Part shown: positions 1-7,482 of the stretch, piece by piece
How positions within the stretch are numbered: the stretch's first letter is position 1
Layout of the letters: every line of letters begins with the position of its first letter
Origin: Candidatus Micrarchaeota archaeon
GTDB taxonomy: Archaea > Micrarchaeota > Micrarchaeia > Norongarragalinales > SBBD01
Assembly (NCBI GenBank): GCA_038046605.1
Contig: JBBSVW010000073.1
Span: 75,123 to 88,997, forward strand
Direction: 5' to 3'
Length of the DNA: 13,875 nucleotides
Translations under genes and position numbers: made by a program
The notes under the pieces: generated by a model
What the model saw: the letters and a program-made list of their open reading frames with translations, nothing else
Databases searched by the model: none
Told to the model about the DNA's origin: nothing

Positions 1-42
1 GCCTCTACCCCCTCAACTGAGCCGCCTCCCCCCTTAATTTGA
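1..42 (+). CDS. Possible 3' end of a gene entering from the left (…ASTPSTEPPPPLI*), partial
   Basis: Frame 1 is open from base 1 to TGA at 40-42 and gives a Pro/Ser/Thr-rich tail convergent with the GT9 gene. It is too short to confirm. Confidence 0.3.
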   Translation, partial: ASTPSTEPPPPLI

Positions 43-96
43 GTTGCGAATAATATTCGGAATGCGCTCCTACCTCCCTTGTTTTGTCTTGCGAAT

Positions 97-1296
97 TCAT
101 TTATTGATTTTTCCCCGGACTTCCTTCATCACATCCTCAACCGATATCAAATCCATGCAATAGGGATTTTTTTCATCAAAGCATTCATCGAGCGCGTATA
201 GGTAATCATAATTGCAAAGCAAATTGCATGCCGGAAGCCTTTTGTGCTTCATGATGGCGATATTGCCAAACGGACCCCATCGGATTGGCGAATCAACTCC
301 GAATAATGCTATGACCCGTATCCCTGCTGCCGAGGCGATGTGGGAAATTGCAGAATCATTGCAAATTGCAAGATTACATTTATCAATGAGGGCGGCAGTT
401 TCAAGAATAGAAGTTCTGCCGGCTGCAATGCATATTTTCCCCTTCATCATTTTTTCCATCTGCCCGTAGAGCTTGGCATCATCCTTTCCTCCCAAAGCGA
501 TGATTTTAGCGCCATATCCGGAAATGAGCGCATCGCAAAGCTTTGCGAATTTGTACAATGGCCAGCGTTTTTTCCATATCCCCCCGCCTGCATGAATGGC
601 TATTATTGGCGCATTTTTTCCAATCCTGTTTTCCTTAAGGAATTTTGCCGCGAATTTTTTTTCCTTGCTGGAATAGCTAATCCGCATATCGGGCGCATTC
701 GCCTTTTGCTCAATGCCAATTGCGCGCGCCAAATCCAGGTAATATTCCAATTCGAGTTTTGTGCGGTTCTTGTAGGGGGGATAGGCAACCTTCCTTGTCA
801 GGAAAAATCCCCTGCCCGCCAAATCGAGGCCGACCCTAATCCTTGCACCCGTAAGGTATGATAGGATGATGAACCGAAGGGCATGCTCGGAATTGATGAC
901 CATGTCGTAATTTTTTCCCCTGAGCATCCCTGCAATTTTAAGCGGTGCAAACTCCTGTGTTAAGAGATTTGCCCCCTCCTCTTCCGTATATGGGATTATC
1001 GCATCGACATTCTCATTGTACTTTAGCACCTCCTGGGCAGGATGCCTGATGAGAAGGTCTATTTTTGCCTTGGGGAATTTCCGCCGGATAGGCGCAAGCA
1101 AAGCCGAGAACAAAACCGCATCCCCAATCGAGGAGTGCTCCCCGTGGATGATCAGGATTTTTTTAACCGCACGCAAGTCTGGCGCCTTTTCCATCCTAAT
1201 CAGGAAATTGAGCGGCAGAAGGATTGCAAAAAGCGCAGCTTTCTTCATGGATGTGAGCATCATCCAAAAATATGCCCTTAAGCGGGTGGATTTCAT
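97..1296 (-). CDS. Glycosyltransferase family 9 (ADP-heptose:LPS heptosyltransferase, WaaF/RfaF-like)
   Basis: 399 aa. GT9 motifs: KILII…SSIGDAVL…L…IRRKFPKAKIDLL, IAIHAGG…KRWP…F, AGRTSILETAALI, NDSAISHIASAAG…IALFG…RWGP, and a C-terminal four-Cys segment ending CMDLISVEDV. Its ATG overlaps the GT4 stop (ATGA at 1293-1296). Confidence 0.9.
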   Translation of the reverse strand: MKSTRLRAYFWMMLTSMKKAALFAILLPLNFLIRMEKAPDLRAVKKILIIHGEHSSIGDAVLFSALLAPIRRKFPKAKIDLLIRHPAQEVLKYNENVDAIIPYTEEEGANLLTQEFAPLKIAGMLRGKNYDMVINSEHALRFIILSYLTGARIRVGLDLAGRGFFLTRKVAYPPYKNRTKLELEYYLDLARAIGIEQKANAPDMRISYSSKEKKFAAKFLKENRIGKNAPIIAIHAGGGIWKKRWPLYKFAKLCDALISGYGAKIIALGGKDDAKLYGQMEKMMKGKICIAAGRTSILETAALIDKCNLAICNDSAISHIASAAGIRVIALFGVDSPIRWGPFGNIAIMKHKRLPACNLLCNYDYLYALDECFDEKNPYCMDLISVEDVMKEVRGKINK

Positions 1297-2411
1297 TTTT
1301 GCACCATCTTTTTATATTCCGCTTCGATTGTTGCTGCAATTTCCCTCCAGCGGTATTTTTTTGCGGCTTTTTTTGCATTCAAGCCAAGGGTTTTCCTAAG
1401 CCTAGCACTTGCAATAAGGCGATCAAGTGCCGCAGATAGTGAATTTTCATCATAATTGGCAAGAATGCCATTTTTCCCATTAGTGATTATTTCCCTAGGC
1501 CCGCCGGCGTTTATTGCAATGCACGCCTTTCCCCTAGCCATTGCCTCGACCAGGGCAATCCCAAATGGCTCATATTCGGATGGCAAAACAAATATTTCCG
1601 AATCATCAAGCAAATCAAGGAGCTTTTTATCCGTAACCTCGCCCTCGAATGCCACTTTATTGGAAATGCCGAGTTTTTTTGCGAGTGCCTTTAGCTCCAA
1701 CATGTCCCCCCCATCCGGGCCAACGAGCCTTAATTTCCAGCTCCTCCCCTTGATTTTGGAAAAAGCGCCAAGAAGGATGCCCAACCCCTTTGATTTGTTT
1801 ATCCTCCCAATGAATATGATTTTTTTTTTCCCCCCCCTATTAGCAGTTCCTGAAAAGAACCTATCCTCGATCCCATTGGGCGCAACTGTGATTTTTTCAT
1901 CCATAACCCCCTTTGACAAAAGCCATTTGCGCTCAGCTTCATGCAGCGCAAAAATCCTATCGATAAACCTTAATGGATAAAAGCTTTGCAATAAGTCGTA
2001 TGCCTTTACCGCAAATTCGAGCGCATTTCCGCGCGTGCCTTCGTGATATGGGGAGTGGGGCGTTAGTGCAAGAGGGATTCCGCGCAGTTTACTGGCCCAA
2101 AGGCTTAGTTCTACATGCGGATGGCGCATGTTATGTGCGTGGATAATATCAAACCCTAGCAAATCAAGAACAAACCCTGGGAATGCGGATGCGAATTTGC
2201 CAATTCTAAACCAGGGCTTGTAGCGCCTAACATGGATTCCATTTATGATTTCGTCCTTAATTTCTATTTCTCTCCCCGAATGGTCGATTGCGGATGTAAA
2301 AACCGTTACTTTATGCCCCTTTTTTTGCAGTTCGAGGCTTAAATTGTAAACGTGCTTTTCCATTCCCCCCACAACCGGAAGGAAAAAAGGGCACACCATT
2401 GCTATTTTCAT
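1293..2411 (-). CDS. Glycosyltransferase family 4 (GT-B, RfaG-like)
   Basis: 372 aa. MKIAMVCPFFLPVVGGME start, DIIHAH, APNGI, FIGRINKSKG, and FVLPSEYEPFGIALVEAMARG (E-x7-E motif). Confidence 0.93.
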   Translation of the reverse strand: MKIAMVCPFFLPVVGGMEKHVYNLSLELQKKGHKVTVFTSAIDHSGREIEIKDEIINGIHVRRYKPWFRIGKFASAFPGFVLDLLGFDIIHAHNMRHPHVELSLWASKLRGIPLALTPHSPYHEGTRGNALEFAVKAYDLLQSFYPLRFIDRIFALHEAERKWLLSKGVMDEKITVAPNGIEDRFFSGTANRGGKKKIIFIGRINKSKGLGILLGAFSKIKGRSWKLRLVGPDGGDMLELKALAKKLGISNKVAFEGEVTDKKLLDLLDDSEIFVLPSEYEPFGIALVEAMARGKACIAINAGGPREIITNGKNGILANYDENSLSAALDRLIASARLRKTLGLNAKKAAKKYRWREIAATIEAEYKKMVQK

Positions 2412-2530
2412 ATACTTTCAACTTTTAATGCAAAAATCCAAAGCGGCTTATTCGCGATTGAAGGCTTGATGTTGCAGAAATCATTTTTTCATAACTTATA
2501 TTGGGTGATATTACCAATACCTTGCGCATT

Positions 2531-3439
2531 TCATTTCTTCGTGCTCCTAATCTGCTTCCATTTCTCCTCCTCCCGGAAATAGAATTTAAGGAAAGCCATA
2601 ACCCAAACTGAAAATTCCACAAGAAGGTATAGCGCAAAATAACCGTATTCGATTGGCGAAGTTATATGGCTGCTTGCAACCCTGAAGTATTCTTTCATTT
2701 CCCCCCGTATTCCTCCCGCCATAATTGCCGTTTTCATGGGGCCATTTGCGCCCGCTTCCTGGAAAACCTCCAAATGGCCGTAGTGCGTTCGTATCTTTTG
2801 GGTTAGATAATCCATTATGTTTTCAGCATAGCCTACATTAACAACCGCCCTTTTAGCATACCTTATTTCATATCCAGCCTGCCGCACGATTTGCCCAACA
2901 TAAGCATCCTCGCTCCTCGCCCTTGGGGGGATCCTAGTAACCGCGCCCTTCCGGAGTGCATATAAATATCCCGATATTGCATGATAGCCAAGTTTTTCCC
3001 CCTTTTCCCGCTGCCTGCTTGCGCACTCCGAGGCAAACCTGCCCCACCAGGAAAACATCGGCGAGGCGGCGAAGTATTCCGGCCGGCCGCTTACTGCGCC
3101 CACCCCTTTTACCATGCGCAAGGCAAGTTCATTAATCGAATGTTCCGGGAAGGTCAAATCGCCATCCGTCATTACTATTAAGCTTCCCTTTGCGTTCCTT
3201 AATATCAGGTTGATTGCCGATCCTTTCCCCCCCCGCTCCTTTTCCAATATTAGGCGTATTCTTCCATCCTCCTTTGCCATTTCCCTTGTGATGTCGGCTG
3301 TCCTATCGGTGCATCCGCTGGCTACAACTAAGACCTCGCCAACTTTTGGGGAGGAATCAAGCGCGGAACCAATGCTCCCTGCAATCCCCCGCTCCTCATT
3401 GTATGCGGCGATCCCTACTGTTATTTTTTGTCCTTCCAT
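2531..3439 (-). CDS. Glycosyltransferase family 2 (GT-A fold, with a C-terminal hydrophobic segment)
   Basis: 302 aa. ITVGIAAYNEE, VVASGCTDRT, GKGSAIN, MTDGD (DxD), SED, and QKIRT (QxxRW-like), followed by a C-terminal TM helix. Confidence 0.9.
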   Translation of the reverse strand: MEGQKITVGIAAYNEERGIAGSIGSALDSSPKVGEVLVVASGCTDRTADITREMAKEDGRIRLILEKERGGKGSAINLILRNAKGSLIVMTDGDLTFPEHSINELALRMVKGVGAVSGRPEYFAASPMFSWWGRFASECASRQREKGEKLGYHAISGYLYALRKGAVTRIPPRARSEDAYVGQIVRQAGYEIRYAKRAVVNVGYAENIMDYLTQKIRTHYGHLEVFQEAGANGPMKTAIMAGGIRGEMKEYFRVASSHITSPIEYGYFALYLLVEFSVWVMAFLKFYFREEEKWKQIRSTKK

Positions 3440-3469
3440 GTTCTACTAAGATTAACTTTGGAATGCTCC

Positions 3470-3490
3470 TTATAAAGCAGTTGCGGTTTC
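3470..3490 (-). promoter_or_regulatory. Putative archaeal BRE/TATA promoter of the glycosyltransferase genes
   Basis: The minus strand reads GAAACCGCAACTGC-TTTATAA. The TATA box (3470-3476) lies about 31 nt upstream of the GT2 ATG at 3439, and no SD is evident. Confidence 0.55.
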
Positions 3491-3518
3491 CTAAGCTTTC
3501 CCCCAATGCTGCCTAAAA

Positions 3519-3538
3519 GAAACCGAACCGTTTAAATA
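3519..3538 (+). promoter_or_regulatory. Putative archaeal BRE/TATA promoter of aglB-aglH
   Basis: GAAACCGAACCG-TTTAAATA (TATA box at 3531-3538), with SD-like AGGTG at 3578-3582 before the TTG start at 3592. Confidence 0.6.
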
Positions 3539-3591
3539 GCTAATTTGGGTATTATTTGAACTTATTCTTTAAAAAAAAGGTGTGGGATTAA

Positions 3592-6390
3592 TTGGCATTC
3601 GAGTGGCTATTTGGCCTTGTAGTGGTAGGATTTCTTGGCATGCCTGGAATTCTGCTTGCATTTGCCCTTCTCAAGGGCGTCAAGCTCAATTTTGTTGATA
3701 AAATCCCCCTAGGCTTCATACTTGGTACTATGGCCGTGCCATTCCTCGGGCTTATCGAATTCATCCTCCTGGGCCTGCCCCTGACAAGCGGGCTTGTGTT
3801 TGCCAACTGGATAGCACTTTTTGCCATTTCCCTCATACTTCTAGTTTCCCAAAGGCAGCTTGGGCTAAATACGCTTGGGAAAATCAAACCGATATTTGAG
3901 CTGCAAACCTACAAAAAGCTAGTTGAGGATAAGCCCGTTTCCCTTGTGATTTATTCCGTGCTTTTATTGCTCATCATTGCCGGCTTTTATGTGAGGTTTG
4001 CATCCGCATATTCTACATCCTTTTTCGAATTCGACCCGTATTTCTATGATTCGGTGACCGAAAAAATCGTTCAGCAGGGAAGCGCCCCCCTCCAAAGCGA
4101 CATCTCCTATTTTCCGCGCTTTAGGACATATAGGGAACTTCCAATGATGCACTATCTGACTGCCGGCTGGTATTTGCTATTCAAGGATTTTCAAGCCCTC
4201 CCATATAGCCAAGACCAGCTCATACTTACAATCCAGCTCTATCCTCCCCTGATGGGTGCATTCCTGGTCATTTTGGCTTTCATCATGATCCGTGAGGAAT
4301 CGAACAAATACCTTGGGATTATCGCGGCGGCCCTCTTTGCATTCACCCCGCAGCTTGTCAAAAAGCTCGGAGCTGGGGTTTCAGAGCAGGCGGCTTTTGG
4401 CATGTTTGCCGCGCTATTCGTATTCGCGCTATATGCGCTTGCAATTAACCGCAAGAGCCTTCGGCTTGGCGTTCTTGCGGGATTTGCGATGCTAATATCC
4501 GTTTTGGGTTCAGCCCACTACGTCTGGCCTAGCATGATCCTTGCCGGCTTCATCCTCATACAATCCTTCCTTGACTTCATCAAAAATACGGCCGATCCAA
4601 CCGAGTTCAAAATCAACCTGATTGTGGTGCTATCCGCCCTTTTTGGAAACCTTGGGGTGATGATCTATAGGGCCCAGCCAATTGCCTTTTCCACGATTGC
4701 TGTAGGCATCCTGTTCATGGTTGGTGCCATGGTGCCTGCGATTTTCTTCTATGCAGTAAAAAATACTGCGCAAGGAAAGAAGCTTTCGCGTTTCCAGGTG
4801 CTTGGAGGGCTTGGAGTTGCGGTGCTCCTAATCCTTATCCTCACGCCAATTGGGCCCACAATTTTTGGCTATTTGAATTCCCTGCTCCGCTATGCAAAGA
4901 CCGACAATCCCCTGAATAGGACAGTGCAGGAGGAAAATGCAACCTCCGAAGGGCTTTTTGCCTCCTCATTTGGGGTGTTGAATCCAAACCAGCTTCTCCT
5001 TGGCTCGACTATTGTGCTTACGTTCCTTGCCATCCTTGCCCTAAGGAAAAAGGGCGTTGTTTATTCTGCCGCATACGGGGCAATTGCATTTATCCTAATT
5101 GCATTAAACCATCAAATCGATCAAATTTTCGGGGCAATATCTGGCATTTTCGCATCCTCCATGCCGGAAGTTTCTACCTTCCTAAATTTCATCATCGAGG
5201 GCGATGTTTTCCTTTACCTGATTGTTTCCCTGGCCTCGCTTTGCATCTATTTCCTCTATGAGGACAGCAAAAGCCGCCTCTACATCCTCTTCCTCCTCGC
5301 CTTCTTCCCAACCGCCTACATCGGCCTAAACAAGGTCAAATACCTCCTCCATCTCGCATTTGCAGTAGCGCTTGCGCTTCCCTTTTTACTGATCATGATT
5401 AATGAATTGGTAATGAAGCTAAATGGCGCCTTCCGCTTCATTTCAAACGAGAATTCCCTCCGGATTGGCATGCTGGCCCTGGTCATGATTATTGGCGTTG
5501 TTGCCGCATACAAGCAGTATGAGACCGTTCCGCAGTCCATGAATGAGCTGCAGTATTCGCGGATGTCTTCCGACTGGATAGACACGACCAAATGGATGCA
5601 GGCAAACCTTGGTGAAAACGACCGGGTGAGCTCATGGTGGGACTATGGCCATTGGACGACCTTCCTTGGGGGAGCCAAAACCGTCCTTGACCCTAGCAAC
5701 TACTATTCAGACTATGATCAGCTAACCGCCAGGGGCTATGTTGATGGGAATACGACTCTCCTGATCGATATCATGCATTACCACAAGGCAACATACATTC
5801 TAGTTGATTCCGAACTGGTGCAGAAATGGGGCGCGCTGGTTTACCTTTCGGGCACGTTTAACGGCCTTGCCGATGACCATAAATATGATTTCCTAAAGCA
5901 GCAAATACCTTCGACAAGTTCGCCCGGCTCAAGCGAATACGAAACCGAGCACTATTTCGAATACATCTATTCCGTCTTTTCCAAAGGGGCCGATGGAAAC
6001 CCGGCGGCATTCCAGTGCCCGGGCATCATCCCAAGGCAAATGCTGTACTCATCTTTTGGCGCGCTTTATTGCATCGATTCCAAGGGGCAGATGTCCGTTT
6101 TCAATCCCAATGGGGAAGGGGGAATGCTTAATGATCCCCGGCTTGTGCGCGCGGATGATTCCCAATTGGCGCTTGCGCCCCTTGGCGGAAATGCGAACTT
6201 ATTTTTCAACCAGCGCTACACATTCATCAACCTCAATCCCGACCTTACAACCCTAACGGAAGGCAAGGTGAACAGCAACCTGATAAATTCCGCATTCGTG
6301 CAGCTATTCTTCCTCGAAAAACTCGATGGCTTTGAACTCGCCTACAAGTCCCCAAACAGCCAGGTCAAGATTTTCAAGCTCGTTGCGTGA
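3592..6390 (+). CDS. aglB: Archaeal oligosaccharyltransferase AglB (STT3 family)
   Basis: 932 aa polytopic membrane protein. EFDPYF (D148), TVQE (TIXE/SVSE-type, E447), WWDYG (5635-5649) and DSELVQKW (DK-type motif). TTG start with an AGGTG SD. Confidence 0.93.
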   Translation: MAFEWLFGLVVVGFLGMPGILLAFALLKGVKLNFVDKIPLGFILGTMAVPFLGLIEFILLGLPLTSGLVFANWIALFAISLILLVSQRQLGLNTLGKIKPIFELQTYKKLVEDKPVSLVIYSVLLLLIIAGFYVRFASAYSTSFFEFDPYFYDSVTEKIVQQGSAPLQSDISYFPRFRTYRELPMMHYLTAGWYLLFKDFQALPYSQDQLILTIQLYPPLMGAFLVILAFIMIREESNKYLGIIAAALFAFTPQLVKKLGAGVSEQAAFGMFAALFVFALYALAINRKSLRLGVLAGFAMLISVLGSAHYVWPSMILAGFILIQSFLDFIKNTADPTEFKINLIVVLSALFGNLGVMIYRAQPIAFSTIAVGILFMVGAMVPAIFFYAVKNTAQGKKLSRFQVLGGLGVAVLLILILTPIGPTIFGYLNSLLRYAKTDNPLNRTVQEENATSEGLFASSFGVLNPNQLLLGSTIVLTFLAILALRKKGVVYSAAYGAIAFILIALNHQIDQIFGAISGIFASSMPEVSTFLNFIIEGDVFLYLIVSLASLCIYFLYEDSKSRLYILFLLAFFPTAYIGLNKVKYLLHLAFAVALALPFLLIMINELVMKLNGAFRFISNENSLRIGMLALVMIIGVVAAYKQYETVPQSMNELQYSRMSSDWIDTTKWMQANLGENDRVSSWWDYGHWTTFLGGAKTVLDPSNYYSDYDQLTARGYVDGNTTLLIDIMHYHKATYILVDSELVQKWGALVYLSGTFNGLADDHKYDFLKQQIPSTSSPGSSEYETEHYFEYIYSVFSKGADGNPAAFQCPGIIPRQMLYSSFGALYCIDSKGQMSVFNPNGEGGMLNDPRLVRADDSQLALAPLGGNANLFFNQRYTFINLNPDLTTLTEGKVNSNLINSAFVQLFFLEKLDGFELAYKSPNSQVKIFKLVA

Positions 6391-6399
6391 TCCCAAAGG

Positions 6400-7365
6400 A
6401 TGGTTTCATTCACAATAACGGAAGTGCTTTTTTCCTCCCTATTCTTTGCCTTTTTTTCGGCCTTAATCATAACCCCCTTCATTATTTGGAACTCGCGCAA
6501 GGCGGGCATACTTGGCAAGGATAAAAACAAGGGGGGTGAAAAGCTCCCTGAGATGGGTGGAATAGCAATTGTTGCGGGCACATCGATGGGAATACTTGCT
6601 GCAATCGCCTTTGGCTTCAACCTTGCGCTTGATGTGACCGTGCTTCTTGCGACCCTCTCAACCGTCGTGATTATGGGGATACTTGGAATGATTGACGATT
6701 TGTTTTCCCTCAAGCAAACAATCAAGGCGCCAATACCCTTCATTGCATCCGTCCCCTTAAGCGCCGTTAGGGCAGGAGCACGCACCATCAATATCCCAAT
6801 CCTTGGGGGCCTCAATTTTGGAGCATTATACCCACTTGCAATCGTTCCCCTTGGAGTTGGCGGTGCTTCGAATGCTTTCAATATGCTTGCGGGCCTCAAC
6901 GGCCTGGAAGCGGGCATGGGCGCAGTGATATCCCTTGCAATATTGTTTGCCGCATACATGAAGGGCTCGTATGAAGCCATGATTATTTCGGTTTCGCTTT
7001 TTTCCGCATGCATCGCCTTCCTATTCTACAACCGCTATCCCGCAAAAATATTCCCCGGGGATGTTGGCACCTATACCATTGGGGCAACGATTGCCTCCGC
7101 AGTAATTGTCGGAAATCTCGAATTTTTCGGGCTTGTGCTTTTCGCCCCATATTTCCTTGAATTCGCAATCAAGGCGCGCTATTCATTTCGAGGGCAAAAC
7201 TATGGCACGCTCAAGAACGGAAAATTAATCGCTCCACCAAGGGCGGAATCGCTCACCCATTATGTGATGAAACTTAGGCCCATGAATGAGGGGCAAGTGG
7301 TGCTCACCATAATGCTTTTTGAGGCGGTAATCGCGGTGGTGGCATTCTCTTTGCTGATATTTTAA
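6400..7365 (+). CDS. UDP-GlcNAc:dolichyl-phosphate GlcNAc-1-phosphotransferase-like (AglH/DPAGT1, MraY/WecA superfamily)
   Basis: 321 aa with many TM segments. GKDKNK…LPEMGGI, GMIDD, NAFNMLAGLNGLEAG and NRYPAKIFPGDVG motifs. Starts 9 nt after the aglB stop. Confidence 0.9.
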   Translation: MVSFTITEVLFSSLFFAFFSALIITPFIIWNSRKAGILGKDKNKGGEKLPEMGGIAIVAGTSMGILAAIAFGFNLALDVTVLLATLSTVVIMGILGMIDDLFSLKQTIKAPIPFIASVPLSAVRAGARTINIPILGGLNFGALYPLAIVPLGVGGASNAFNMLAGLNGLEAGMGAVISLAILFAAYMKGSYEAMIISVSLFSACIAFLFYNRYPAKIFPGDVGTYTIGATIASAVIVGNLEFFGLVLFAPYFLEFAIKARYSFRGQNYGTLKNGKLIAPPRAESLTHYVMKLRPMNEGQVVLTIMLFEAVIAVVAFSLLIF

Positions 7366-7368
7366 CGA

Positions 7369-7420
7369 TTTTTTATTTCCTATAGATGCTCCTCCGCTGC
7401 CTCCCTGCGCTTTTTTTCCT
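7369..7420 (+). terminator. Possible oligo-T archaeal terminator(s) after the aglH-like gene
   Basis: T-rich tracts TTTTTTATTT and TTTTTTTCCT directly downstream of the stop at 7365. Confidence 0.35.
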
Positions 7421-7453
7421 CCAATATCGGAATCATTTTTCCAAAGCAATTTC

Positions 7454-7460
7454 TTTTTAA
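7454..7460 (+). promoter_or_regulatory. Possible TATA box for argS
   Basis: TTTTTAA lies 23-29 nt upstream of ATG 7483, a spacing typical of a leaderless archaeal transcript. Confidence 0.35.
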
Positions 7461-7482
7461 CCAAAGGGTGCAAACCTAATAC

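Noticed and set aside
1-33. Minus-strand GGGAGGCGGCTCAGTTGAGGGGGTAGAGGC resembles the 5' end of a tRNA (D-arm), SRP RNA or RNase P RNA
   Set aside because: It is truncated at the window edge, the D-stem does not close properly, no good TATA box lies upstream, and a Pro-rich coding tail on the + strand explains it equally well. Infernal on the extended sequence would decide.
47-59. Small palindrome CGAATA-A-TATTCG downstream of the GT9 stop
   Set aside because: Only 6-bp arms with a 1-nt spacer, so it cannot form a hairpin and is plausible by chance.
2425-2637. 70-aa minus-strand ORF spanning the GT2-GT4 gap
   Set aside because: It overlaps the GT2 3' end by more than 100 nt in another frame, has no motif and has no start signal.
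212-3449. Plus-strand ORFs 212-469, 340-861, 1016-1399, 1456-1980, 2352-2582, 3114-3449 and similar
   Set aside because: Antisense shadows of well-supported glycosyltransferase genes, with no recognisable motifs.
6342-7013. 223-aa minus-strand ORF
   Set aside because: Antisense to the aglH-like gene. The open frame is a typical shadow of a hydrophobic, codon-biased gene.
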